This document shows positions 34,033 to 47,616 of a stretch of DNA of 64,000 bases, piece after piece. The notes below the pieces were generated by a model, which was not told where the DNA came from, made no database searches, and was given only the letters and a program-made list of their open reading frames with translations. The stretch spans positions 404,138 to 468,137 of the forward strand of contig CAVZON010000006.1 in NCBI GenBank assembly GCA_963776925.1, in the 5' to 3' direction. Numbering within the stretch: the stretch's first letter is position 1; each line of letters opens with the position of its first letter. Made by a program: the position numbers and the translations under genes. The stretch comes from an uncultured Chloroflexia bacterium. GTDB taxonomy: Bacteria > Chloroflexota > Limnocylindria > Limnocylindrales > CSP1-4.

Positions 34033-34046
34033 CGAACACCTGTTCC
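34033..34046 (+). promoter_or_regulatory. LexA (SOS/Cheo-type) box CGAACACCTGTTCC upstream of uvrA
   Basis: Perfect GAAC-N4-GTTC palindrome. 13 of 14 positions match the Gram-positive consensus CGAACRNRYGTTYC. It lies 20 nt upstream of the putative -10, overlapping the -35 position. Confidence 0.5.
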
Positions 34047-34065
34047 AATATCGCCGGTCGTCCGG

Positions 34066-34071
34066 TACACT
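34066..34071 (+). promoter_or_regulatory. Putative -10 TACACT 6 nt upstream of the uvrA GTG (leaderless candidate)
   Basis: TANNNT hexamer; GTG start at 34078; no room for an RBS. Confidence 0.35.
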
Positions 34072-34077
34072 TCTCAC

Positions 34078-37173
<3,096 letters not shown>

Positions 37174-37179
37174 GCCGCG

Positions 37180-37185
37180 TAGTAT
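37180..37185 (+). promoter_or_regulatory. Putative -10 TAGTAT 7 nt upstream of ATG 37193 (leaderless candidate)
   Basis: TANNNT hexamer directly after the uvrA stop. Confidence 0.25.
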
Positions 37186-37192
37186 CCCGCGC

Positions 37193-37636
37193 ATGCCGGA
37201 CATCGACTTCGCCTTCCTTGCCGACGCTGCCGAGACCGTCCCGGGGCAGAAGTTCCACGTGCTGGGCGGCGGCGTGGCGCGGATCGGCGGTCGTCGCTTC
37301 CCACTGCGACACCCGCATCTCGCCCTCGTCATCGGCCTGCAGGTCACCGCACCCGAGACCGAGCGCGAGCACGACATCCGCTTCGTCCTGCTCGACCCCG
37401 ATGGTGGCGAGGTCGCCGGGGCGACCGGGAGCCTGGTCGCACGCAGCCAGAAGGACGGTCGCGACGCCGTCCTGACCTTCTCCATCGACCTGTGGAACCT
37501 GACCTTCCCGGCCCCGGGCGACTACTCGTTCCGGATCCTCGTCAACGGCTCCGAGCGCAAGCGACTCCCGCTGTTGCTGCTCGCGCCGCCGGATGACGGC
37601 GGTGGGGCCGACGGCGGCATCGGCGCCGATGCCTGA
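37193..37636 (+). CDS. Hypothetical protein (DUF6941-like?)
   Basis: 147 aa: MPDIDFAFLADAAETVPGQKFHVLGGGVARIGGRRFPLRHPHLALVIGLQV...LTFPAPGDYSFRILVNGSERKRLPLLL. The pattern recalls DUF6941 (from memory, not searched). Confidence 0.55.
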   Translation: MPDIDFAFLADAAETVPGQKFHVLGGGVARIGGRRFPLRHPHLALVIGLQVTAPETEREHDIRFVLLDPDGGEVAGATGSLVARSQKDGRDAVLTFSIDLWNLTFPAPGDYSFRILVNGSERKRLPLLLLAPPDDGGGADGGIGADA

Positions 37637-37967
37637 ACGGGCCTCGACCCGCGCCAGGCCGATCGGCCCGGCACGACACGAGACGCCCGCCATCGACGAC
37701 CTGGCCCTGGTGGCCGCGCGGGCGGCCGACCGGCTGCTGGCCGGCGCCCGGGATCGGGGCGCCACGCGCTGGGTCGCGTTCTTCGAGCCGATCCCCGACC
37801 ACCTCCGCGACGACGAGCTGACGGCGCTGCGCGCCACCGCCGTGCGCGCCCGGGCCGCCTATGGGCCGAAGGACTCGATCCGCGACGCCGTCGCGCCGGA
37901 GCTCACCGAACCGTTCCTCGACGCCATCGACCGGCTCATCCGGGCGCTGGATCGCCACCGGGCGTGA
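37629..37967 (+). CDS. Hypothetical protein
   Basis: ATG 37629 overlaps the upstream stop by 8 nt. Helical, Arg/Ala-rich. Its 3' end overlaps the convergent helicase gene by 32 nt. Coding status uncertain. Confidence 0.35.
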   Translation: MPERASTRARPIGPARHETPAIDDLALVAARAADRLLAGARDRGATRWVAFFEPIPDHLRDDELTALRATAVRARAAYGPKDSIRDAVAPELTEPFLDAIDRLIRALDRHRA

Positions 37968-39703
37968 TCCCGAGCTCTGCCGCGCTGAACGCCTCGAGCA
38001 GGAAGGGTGACGGCGCCGCCGGGTCGTAGCTCAGCGTCAACGTCCGACGGGCACGCGTCCAGGCCACATAGCCCAGTCGTCGTTCCTCCTCCATCGCCCG
38101 GATCGGGTCGTCGGCATCCGTCACCGCTCGGCCGCTCGGGAAGCGACCCTCGTCCATGCCGACGACCGCGACGTGGTCGAACTCGGCGCCCTTGGTCGAG
38201 TGGGCGGTCGCCAGCGTCAGCCGGGCATCGTCGCGTCGGAGGGCTGTCAGCTTCGCCCGGACGCCGTCGATGGCGCCGACGAGCGCGGGCAGGTCCGGGT
38301 ACGCCGCCGCCCAGGCGAGGAGTGCCGTGGCGAGCGGGCGGGCGGCGGCATCCGCCGCGCGCCGGACGACCCCGACGCGGACGAGGAGCGGCCACGTTGC
38401 CGGCGTGCCGTCGACGGCGCGCAGCAGGTCATCCAGGTGCGGATCGTCGACGAGCAGCTCGACCGAGGCGGCACGGAACGGCAGCCCAAGGTCCAGTGCC
38501 GCGACGACCGCCGGGCGCAGCTCGCGGTTGGTCCGGGCCAGGATCGCCTGCGTCCCGCCATCGTCGGGGAACGACCGGACGAGCCGGGTCGTCCGCTCTG
38601 GTTCGTCGGCCGCGTCCGGGGCGAGGACGACCCGACCGCGGGTCCCGTCGCGGCTGCGGATCACCTTGGCGAACCGCTCCTGGTTGTGCTCGATGAGCCG
38701 GACGGCTCGCTCGACGACGGGCGCCGGACAGCGATGGTTGACCTCGAGGTCGACCCGGCGGAGCCCGGGCAGCGCCTGGTCGATGGCGAGGACCCTCCGC
38801 ACATCCGCGAGGCGCCAACCGTAGATCGACTGGTCGTCGTCACCGACGAGGAAGACCCGGTTCGCCGGGGCGGCCAGCAGCAGGGCCAGCGCAAGCTGAC
38901 TCCGGTCGACGTCCTGGACCTCGTCGACGAGGAGATGGCCGCAGCGCTGCGCGCCAGCGGGCCAGCAGGGCCGCGTCGGCCTCGAGCCGATCGAGCGCCC
39001 GCCGGACCAGGTCGTCGAAGTCGAGCGCACCGCGCGCCGCGAGGACGGCCTCGTACCGGACGAACGCCTGGGCCACCGGTCCAGCCGCCACGTCGGCGGC
39101 GATGTCGCGCGGGTCGACGCGGAGCTCCAGCTTCAGCCGCGAGAACGCCGTGTCGTAGCGGCCGACCTCCTCCGACCGGAGTCCGGGCACGACCTCGGCC
39201 AGGACGGTCGCCCGATCGACGAGGTCGCGGACGTCGACGCCGGCCTCGCGCAGGATCTCGCGGCCAAGGGCGTGGAAGGTCCGCACGCGGACCACGCCGG
39301 CCTCGACATCGAGCGGCGCGAGGGCCACGTCCAGCCGCTCGCCGAGCTCCTCGGCCGCGCGCTTGTTGAAGGTGATGGCCGCGACCGTCCGGGGATCGGC
39401 ACCCTCGTCGACGAGCCAGGCGATCCTCGCGACCAGGGTCGTGGTCTTGCCCGAGCCGGCCGGCGCGACACACAGGATCGGTCCGGGCGGGGCGGTCGCC
39501 GCCGCGCGCTGGTCCGGGGTCAGGCGCTCGAGCCGGGCGACGACCGCAGGGTGGGGCACCGCCAGAGTCTCGCCGGCGACCCTTCGCTGCCGGTCACGCG
39601 GCCATTCGTTGCCCCGATGCACCGGAACCAGCGGCTCCCGCACAGGACGTTCACCGGATGATGATGCTTGCGGGTGGTCCGGTTCGGTCCGGGGCGGTAG
39701 CAT
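37936..39703 (-). CDS. UvrD/Rep/PcrA-family ATP-dependent DNA helicase (short form); one frame break
   Basis: LTPDQRAAA...ILCVAPAGSGKTTTLVARIAWLV (motif I), AITFNKRAAEEL, HLLVDEVQDVDRSQL (motif II), VFLVGDDDQSIYGWRLA, NHRC, LATAHSTKGAEFDHVAVVG, YVAWTRAR. ORF 38840-39703 joins ORF 37936-39030 near 38945. The real start may be GTG 39580. Confidence 0.85.
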
Positions 39704-39754
39704 TCGCGCCTGTCACCGGCCGGTGCCCACCGCCGTCGCCACCCCTGAGGAGAC

Positions 39755-41599
39755 GTGCCCATGACCCGCACCCCCAGCCTTCGGCGCCTCATCGTCCCGT
39801 TCGTGGTCGGCGCCCTCGCCCTGTCGACCATCGTGCCGACGGCGATCGCCAGGGACCCGAACCCGAACAAGAAGCCGAAGGACCCGGTGTCGGTCCAGAT
39901 CCTCGGCCTGAACGACTACCACGGCCAGCTCGAGCCACTCGTCGCGACCGCCACGGGCGGTGGCCGGATCGGCTCGCTGACCGACACCAACCCGGACCCG
40001 ACTCATCACGACGCTCGAGTGCCTGCCCGCGACCTGCGTCCCGGCGGGCGGGACCGAATACCTGGCGACCCACGTGGCGGCGCTCAAGGCGACCAACCCG
40101 AACTCCGTGTTCGTGTCGGCCGGCGACCTCATCGGCGCGACCCCGCTGCTGTCCGCCCTGTTCCACGACGAGCCGAGCGTCGAGGCCTTCAACATCATGG
40201 GTCTCGACTACAACGGCGTCGGGAACCACGAGTTCGACGAGGGGATCGACGAGCTCCATCGCGTCGCCTACGGCGACCGCACCGTCGACGACTACGTCCC
40301 GGCGCGGCCGGACGGGTGCCACCCGGTCGATGGCTGCGCCGACGGCGACCCGTACCACGGCGCGGACTTCCCGTTCCTCGCCGCGAACGTGACCTACAAG
40401 ACCTCGGGCGACACCATCTTCCCGCCCTACGCCGTCCACGACTTCCCGGGCGGCGTCAAGGTCGCCTTCGTCGGGATGACCCTCCAGGGCACGCCGGAGA
40501 TCGTCTCCCCGGCCGGCATCGCCACCGTCGACTTCAACGACGAGGCCGACTCGGTCAACGCGCTCGTGCCGTTCCTCAAGCAGCGTGGCGTCGAGGCCAT
40601 CGTCGTCCTGCTCCATGAGGGCGGCTCGGTCACCGGCGGCACCGGCGGCAACCTGTCGCTCATCAACAGCTGCGTCAACCCGTCCGGCCCGATCATCGAC
40701 GTGGTCGATCGGATGGACAACGAGATCGACGTCGTCGTCACCGGCCACACCAACTGGGCGGTCAACTGCGTGTTCGACGGCAAGGTCGTCACCGGCGCAG
40801 CCTCCCAGGGCCGGCTCGTCACCGACATCGACGCCCAGATCGACCGCAACACGAAGGACTTCGTGCCCGGGGTCGATCACCGTCGACAACCACATCGTCG
40901 ACCGCACGGTCGCCAAGGATCCGGCCATCACGGCCCTCATCGCCGAGTACAACCAGGTCGCCGGACCGGTCGGTGCGGTCCTTGTCGGCAACACGGTCAC
41001 GCCGCTGACGCGGACGGCGATCGACAGCAACAACACCGACAACGACACGCCGGACTCGCAGCTCGGCCGGCTCATCGCCGATGCCCAGCTGGCCAACCCG
41101 TCCGTGTCCGGCGCCCAGATCGCGCTCATGAACCCGGGCGGCATCCGCGCCGACCTGGATGCGGGGCCGATCACCCACGCCGAGGCGTTCGGCGTGCAGC
41201 CCTTCAGCAACGTCCTGATGGTCCGCAGCTTCACGGGTGCGGAGATCGAGGCGATCCTCGAGCAGCAGTTCGTGACCGCCACGGGTGCCGCCCGGGTCAT
41301 CCTGCAGGTGTCGGGTGGCTTCACCTACACCTACGACCGGTCCGCGGTCGGGAACAAGATCGACCCCACCAGCATCAAGCTGAACGGCGTCACCCTCGAA
41401 CCCGACCGGGACCTACCAGGTCGCGATGAACAACTTCCTCGGCTTCGGCGGCGACTCGTTCCCGACGATGCTCGCCGGCGACATCGTGAAGTTCGGCGAG
41501 GATGACCTCGTCGCGCTGGAGGCCTACCTGGCCCTGGCAGCCAACAACCCGTACAACGCGGCGAACGCCGTGGGCCCGCGGATCGTCTCGGTCCCGTAG
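39755..41599 (+). CDS. Secreted bifunctional metallophosphatase/5'-nucleotidase; three frame breaks
   Basis: Signal-like N-terminus. ILGLNDYHGQLEP, VSAGDLIGATP, GNHEFDEG, VVLLHEGG, VVTGHTNW. C-terminal 5'-nucleotidase domain (LMNPGGIRADL, GVQPFSN). Breaks near 40000, 40868, 41410. Stop TAG 41597-41599. Confidence 0.85.
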
Positions 41600-41623
41600 C
41601 GTCGCCCACCCTCGCGAAACCAC

Positions 41624-41652
41624 CCGAACCCGGGCCATCGGCCCGGGTTCGG
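41624..41652 (+). terminator. Perfect 13-bp stem hairpin after the 5'-nucleotidase gene
   Basis: CCGAACCCGGGCC-atc-GGCCCGGGTTCGG followed by TGATT. Confidence 0.5.
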
Positions 41653-41808
41653 TGATTCCACGCACCGAATCGGTACGGATGGGGGGCGCCGCGCAGGCAC
41701 CGAAGACCCCGAATTGGTCATGGGCACGCGCCGCGGTCGGCGGGACCATCGGCGCAGTCGACCCGGCCGGCGCGTCGTGCCGGGCGACTTGCAACAGGAG
41801 TCCATCCG

Positions 41809-43176
41809 ATGCATCGCCGCTCCCTCGGCCGAGCCAGCGCTCTCGCGACGGTCGCCGTGCTGGCCGCCGCGGGCCTCGCATCGGCTGATTCCGTCCTTGG
41901 CGACGCCAACATCGTGGTCGATGGCGCCCAGGGCGCTCGCTATCTCGGCCAGTTCCCGGCGTCCACCGAGATCACCGTCCCGGTCGAGTTCGTCATGAAC
42001 TGCGCCACCAGCAACCATCCCGACCTTGGGCAGACCGTCGCGCTGTCGCTCGGCAGTGCCTTGGTCACCGGCCCCGGGGGCGAGGTGGTGAGCATGGTGC
42101 CGGCGACCATCGGCCCCATCGCGGCGGACTGGCCGGACGACGGGGCCGGTTGCCCGTCGACCCGGTCCCATCCGCTGCGCAGCACCACCGGGCAGGTGAC
42201 GCTGCGCACGCCGTCGGCCGCGGGTGTCGGGTACGCCTACGACATCATGTTCAGCCGCGGCGTCTCGCCGGACGGCAACAACGATGCCAGCGCGCTCGGC
42301 GTCCGCGATCCGGCGGTGCGGTTCACGCTCGACGTCGTGGCCAACACGCCCGCCGGTCCTGACCGTCGCCGCCGACGTGACCGTCGAGGCCGATACGACC
42401 GGCGGCTGGACCGTCGACTGGGCCGGCGTCGTCAGCGTCACCGACGCCGAGGACGATCCGGACCCCGCCTTCGACTGCTCGCTCGACCCGGGCGAGACGG
42501 CGGCGCTCGGCGACACGACCGTCACCTGCGAGACGACCGACAGCGGCGGCCTCGCCGACGAGGCCGAGTTCGTCCTGCACGTCGAGGACACCGGCGACCC
42601 GACCATCGCCGATCACGATGGCGTCCAGGTCACCACCGATGATCCCGCCGGCGCCGTCGTGACGTTCGACGAGCCGGCCGCGACGACGTGGCCGACGCCA
42701 CGGTCGGGGTCGCGTGCGACCCGGCTTCGGGCAGCACGTTCGGCATCGGCACGACGACCGTGACCTGCACGGCGACCGATGACAGCGGCAACAGCGCTTC
42801 CACCACCTTCGCCGTGACGGTGGACCTGGTCACGAGCCATACCGCCTCGGCCATCTGGGGTGAGCCGGTCGGCGTGGGCGACGGCGGCACGTTCGCGGCC
42901 AACCGTGGCCGGAACCTGCCGGTCAAGGTGACCCTCGCCGTCGACGGCGCGAATCGCACCACCGGCGACGCCACGCTGACCGTCGCCCCGTGCGGCGGTG
43001 GGGCCGGCACGACCGTCCCACTCACCTACGGCGGCGGCCGCTGGAACGCGGCCATCGACACCGGCCCGCTGCCGGGCTGGTGCCACACCGTGACCGCCAC
43101 GATCGATGGCCTGACGGCGGGCACCTTCCAGCTCGACCTCCGCGGCGGCGAGGCGACCAAGGCCAAGGGCAAGTAG
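41809..43176 (+). CDS. Secreted protein with two HYR (hyalin-repeat)-like domains; two frame breaks
   Basis: RBS AGGAG. Signal MHRRSLGRASALATVAVLAAAGLASA. HYR-like FDCSLDPGETAALGDTTVTCETTDSGGLADEAEFVLHV and VACDPASGSTFGIGTTTVTCTATDDSGNSASTTFAVTV. Ig-like C-terminus. Breaks near 42355 and 42690. Confidence 0.7.
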
Positions 43177-43181
43177 CGCGG

Positions 43182-43202
43182 CCGCAGGGTCCGTCCCTGC
43201 GG
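43182..43202 (+). terminator. 8-bp stem hairpin after the HYR-protein gene
   Basis: CCGCAGGG-tccgt-CCCTGCGG, 6 nt after the TAG stop. Confidence 0.4.
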
Positions 43203-43204
43203 CA

Positions 43205-43210
43205 TACCAT
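43205..43210 (+). promoter_or_regulatory. Putative -10 TACCAT 6 nt upstream of the uvrC GTG (leaderless candidate)
   Basis: TANNNT hexamer; GTG start at 43217. Confidence 0.3.
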
Positions 43211-43216
43211 CGGCGG

Positions 43217-45074
43217 GTGACTCCCGCCCTCGAAGCGACGCTCAAGCGACTCCCGGACCGCCCCGGCGTGTACCTGATGAAGGACGCCCGGGGCGACGTC
43301 CTGTACGTCGGCAAGGCCCAGAGCCTGCGCAATCGGGTCCGGAGCTACTGGCAGAAGCAGGTCATCCGCGGGTCCGGCGACATCCATCGGATCCGCCAGG
43401 TCATCGACCGGGTCGCCGACGTGGAGGTGACCGAGGTCGACAGCGTCAGCGAGGCGCTGCTCCTCGAATCGAACCTCATCAAGCGCTACAAGCCGCGCTT
43501 CAACGTCCGGCTCAAGGACGACAAGAGCTACCCGTACATCAAGGTCACCCTGGGCGACGACTTCCCGCGCGTCGAGCGGACCCGCAAGCTGCCGGCCGAC
43601 GGCAGTCGCTACTTCGGTCCGTACGCATCGGCGGTGAGCGTCGACGAGTCGATGAACCTGGTCCGGCGGCTGTTCCCGTTCCGGACCTGCACGATCGACA
43701 TCAAGGAGGGCGAGCGGGCGCTCCAGCGGCCGTGCCTGCTGTATCACATCAAGCGCTGTCAGGGCCCGTGCATCGAGGCGATCTCGAAGGCGGACTACCG
43801 GGCCGACATCGAGCAGGTCGAGCTGTTCCTCGAGGGGCGGCAGGAGACGCTGGTCAAGGCCCTGCGCCACGAGATGCAGGCCGCCAGCGAGCGCCAGGAG
43901 TACGAGCGAGCGGCCTCGATGCGCGACAAGGTCCGCGCCATCGAGCGGACGATGGAGAGCCAGAAGATGGCCGCCTTCGCCAAGGTCGACCTGGACATGA
44001 TCGGTCTGGCGCGGCAGGACAACCAGGCGGCGGCCATGCTGTTCGTCCTGCGCGACGGGAAGATGATCGGTCGCGACGTCTACCTGCTCGATGCTGCCAA
44101 GGACGCCACCGACGACGAGGTCCTCGCCAGCTTCCTCGAGCAGTTCTATGCCCGAGCGACGTCCATCCCGCGCGAGGTCTACGTCCCGGCGTCGGTCGGG
44201 GAGTCGGAGACGATCCAGGCGTTCCTCGCCGAGCGTCGTGGCGGCCCGGTCCACCTGCGCGTGCCCCAGCGCGGCGAGAAGCGCGAGCTGATGGCCCTCG
44301 CCACGCGCAACGCCCAGGAGCATCTCGCCCGGGAGCAGGCGCGCTGGCTGGCCGATCAGGGCAAGACCCTCGCCGCGCTCGAGCAGCTCGCCGATGCGCT
44401 CGGGCTGGCCGGCCCGCCGTTGCGCATCGAGTGCTACGACATCTCGAACTTCCAGGGCGCCGAGTCGGTCGGCAGCATGGTCGTGTTCGAGGACGGGCAA
44501 GCCGCGCAGCGGCGAGTACCGCCGGTTCCGCATCCGCACGGTCGAGGGGCCGAACGACTTCGCCAGCCACCAGGAGGTCCTGCGCCGGCGGTTCCGGGTC
44601 ACCCGGACCGGGGAGGAGGGCAACGAGGAGGCCCGGCGCTGGACGATGCCCGACCTCGTCATCGTCGACGGCGGCAAGGGCCAGGTCAGCGCGGCCAAGG
44701 CGGTGCTCGACGAGCTCGGCCTGCACGACCTGCCGCTGGCCGGCCTGGCCAAGGAGCGCGAGGAGCTGTTCCTGCCCGGGCGGTCGGATCCGATCGTCCT
44801 GCCGCCGACGTCAGCGGCGCTCTACCTCGTCCAGCGCCTGCGCGACGAGGCCCATCGCTTCGCGATCACGTACCACCGCTCGCTGCGCGCGAAGCGCTCG
44901 ATCCGCTCGGCGTTCGACGACCTGCCCGGCGTCGGGCCGAAGCGACGGCGCGAGCTGCTCAAGGTGTTCGGCTCGGTCAAGCGGGTGCGCGAGGCCCCCG
45001 TCGAGCAGATCGCCGCGGTGCCGGGGATCGGCCGGGCGCTGGCCGAGCGCATCAAGGCGACATTGGAGGCCTGA
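43217..45074 (+). CDS. uvrC: Excinuclease ABC subunit C; one frame break
   Basis: GIY-YIG GVYLMKDARGDVLYVGKAQSLRNRVRSY...RYKPRFN, UVR motif QEYERAASMRDKV, endonuclease domain, C-terminal HhH pair LPGVGPKRRRELL / VPGIGRALAERI. ORF 43217- joins ORF 44394-45074. Consistent with one extra base near 44498. Confidence 0.94.
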
Positions 45075-45125
45075 GCCGGGTCGGCCGCCGCAGTCCGGGG
45101 GCCTTTCGTGTAGCATCCCGCCGGT

Positions 45126-46511
45126 ATGCGTAGAGCCGGCCCCATCCTCATCGTCGTCATCGGCGTGCTCGCCCTGATCATCTGCTTCATGCCCGGGCTC
45201 CGCCTGCCCGACTCGACGGCGAGCGATGGCCAGTGGCGCCTGCTCGAGACCAAGCTCGGCCTCGACCTCGAGGGCGGCCTCCGGGTCGAGTACCAGGCGC
45301 TCCCGAAGGACGGCGTATCGCCGACACCCGAGAGCATGGGCGTCATCAAGGACATCATCGAGCGCCGCGTGAACACGACCGGCGTGTCCGAGCCGGTCGT
45401 CCTCGTGCAGGGCAGCGACCGGGTCGTCATCGAGCTGCCGGGCGTGTCCGACGTCGACAACGTCCGCCGGCTCGTCGGCCAGACGGGCCAGCTCGACTTC
45501 GTGCCGCTCCCCGACGTGTCGCCGGACAACCCGCCGGCGGCCGGGACCGAGCTGCCGCGCGAGACCTACCCGCCGCTGTTCTCCGGCGACCAGATCCAGT
45601 CCGCGTCCATCGGTCAGGACCAGAACCAGCGGCTCGCGGTCGACTTCGTGCTCAAGGGCGGCAGCCCGACCTCGGGTTCGGAGCTGTTCGCCGAGTACAC
45701 GACCAACCACATCGGCGAGCTCTTCGCCATCACCCTCGACGAGCGGGTCATCAGCGCGCCGTCGATCAACTCGGCGATCGTCGGCGGGACGGGCCAGATC
45801 ACCGGTGGCGGCCTGGGCGGGTTCGCCTCCAACGAGGCCAACGAGCTGGTCACCGTCCTCAAGTTCGGCTCCCTGCCGTTCCCGATCGCGGAGGTCTCGA
45901 GCGAGCAGATCTCGGCCACGCTCGGCGACCAGTTCCTGACCCAGACCGTGCTGGCGGGCCTCATCGGCATCGCCCTGGTCATGGCCTTCATGATCCTGTT
46001 CTACCGGCTGCCGGGCGTCGTCGCGGCCTTCGCCCTCGTCTATTACACGATCGTGGTCTACGCGATCTTCCGGCTCATCCCGGTGACCCTGACGCTGGCC
46101 GGCATCGCGGGCTTCGTGCTCTCGGTGGGCATGGCCGTCGACGCCAACATCCTGATCTTCGAGCGGATGAAGGAGGAGCTGCGCGTCGGCAAGTCCCTGC
46201 CCGCCGCGGTCGAGGCCGGCTTCAACCGGGCCTGGAACTCGATCCTCGACTCGAACGTGTCGAGCCTCATCACGGCGACGATCCTGTACGCCTTCGGCTC
46301 GTCGGTGATCCGCGGCTTCGCGCTCGTCCTGATCATCGGCGTCCTCGTCTCGATGTTCAGCGCCGTCGTCGTCACCCGCTCGATCATGCGCGTCGTCGTC
46401 CGCCAGGACTGGGCGCGCAAGGCCAGCCTGTACGGGCTGCGCGACGACGAGTTCGTGGCGATGGGCGCCCAGCGACCGTCGACCCGCCGGCCGGTGCGTT
46501 CCGATGTTTGA
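45126..46511 (+). CDS. secD: Protein translocase subunit SecD, intact
   Basis: 461-aa intact ORF. LGLDLEGG, periplasmic domain, C-terminal six-TM RND-like block (GIAGFVLSVGMAVDANILIFERMKEE). Confidence 0.93.
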   Translation: MRRAGPILIVVIGVLALIICFMPGLRLPDSTASDGQWRLLETKLGLDLEGGLRVEYQALPKDGVSPTPESMGVIKDIIERRVNTTGVSEPVVLVQGSDRVVIELPGVSDVDNVRRLVGQTGQLDFVPLPDVSPDNPPAAGTELPRETYPPLFSGDQIQSASIGQDQNQRLAVDFVLKGGSPTSGSELFAEYTTNHIGELFAITLDERVISAPSINSAIVGGTGQITGGGLGGFASNEANELVTVLKFGSLPFPIAEVSSEQISATLGDQFLTQTVLAGLIGIALVMAFMILFYRLPGVVAAFALVYYTIVVYAIFRLIPVTLTLAGIAGFVLSVGMAVDANILIFERMKEELRVGKSLPAAVEAGFNRAWNSILDSNVSSLITATILYAFGSSVIRGFALVLIIGVLVSMFSAVVVTRSIMRVVVRQDWARKASLYGLRDDEFVAMGAQRPSTRRPVRSDV

Positions 46512-47591
46512 CGTCATCGGCAAGCGCCGGATCTTCTACATCATCTCCCTGGCCCTGACGATCCCCGGACTCGTCTTCATCCTGCTCACGCCGTTCACCG
46601 ACGCCGGCCTCCAGTTCACGATCGACTACACCGGCGGCACGCGCTGGGAGATCAAGTTCGAGGACCCGAACGTCACGCCCGAGCAGGTCGAGGCGGTGTT
46701 CGAGGAGAACGGACTCGAGGCCAGCGCGGTCACGACGAGCACCGGCTTCATCGAGATCAAGACCGAGCCGATCGGCCTGCAGGCCGGCCCCGTCGCCCTC
46801 GGCCGAGCCGTCCGGCTTCGCCCGGGGCCTCCGCCGCGCCGAGCGCGTCACCGTCGGCCAGCCCATCGGCCTCGCCGTCCGCCAGCCCGTCCGCCGCGCC
46901 GGTCGGCAACACCGAGCTCCCGACGGCGGGCCGCCTGGCCGAGATGGTCACCGCCCTCGAAGCCGAGCTCGGTCCGATCGAGGCCCAGGCATCGCTCACC
47001 ACGATCGGCCCGGTCGTCAGCTCCGACCTCGTCAACCAGGCGCTCATCCTGATCCTCGTCGGCTCGCTCGGGATCATGGGCTGGATCACCTACCGCTTCC
47101 GCGACTGGAAGTTCGGCGTCACCGCCCTCATCTCGCTGCTCCACGACGTCATCGTCGTCGTCGGTGCGTTCGCCATCCTCGGCACCTTCTTCCACGTCGA
47201 GGTCGACGCGCTGTTCGTGACCGCGATGCTGACCGTCATCGGCTTCAGCGTCCACGACACGATCGTCGTGTTCGACCGGATCCGCGAGAACAAGGCCCGC
47301 CACCTCGGCGAGCCGTTCGACGAGATCGTCAACCACTCGATCCTGCAGACCTTCGGTCGCTCCATCACGACCAGCCTGACCGTGCTCATCACGCTGCTCA
47401 GCCTGTTCCTGTTCGGCGGCGCCGCGATCAGCGACTTCGTGCTGGTCCTGCTCATCGGCATCGTCATCGGCACGTACTCGTCGATCTTCGTCGCCAGCCC
47501 GCTGCTCGTGGACTGGCAGCAGTGGGAGGATCGTCGCCACGGTCGGGTGGCGACCACGCGAGCGCCCCGGACCCGACGCGCCGCATCCTGA
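46504..47591 (+). CDS. secF: Protein translocase subunit SecF with Ser/Pro/Ala repeat insertion; about two frame breaks
   Basis: Overlaps the secD end. IFYIISLALTIPGLVFIL, DYTGGTRWEI, then a low-complexity (SPSA)n stretch about 46800-46900 where the frame changes. Then ORF 46944-47591 with VVGAFAILG, GFSVHDTIVVFDRIREN, GTYSSIFVASPLL. Confidence 0.9.
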
Positions 47592-47616
47592 TGCCGGCTC
47601 GCCGCAGCGCCGGTCG

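Noticed and set aside
37936-39703. UvrD-like helicase as the GajB component of a Gabija-type defence system
   Set aside because: There is no adjacent OLD-family ATPase/nuclease (GajA-like) gene. The flanks are uvrA, small unknown genes and a 5'-nucleotidase. The context looks like DNA repair rather than a defence island.
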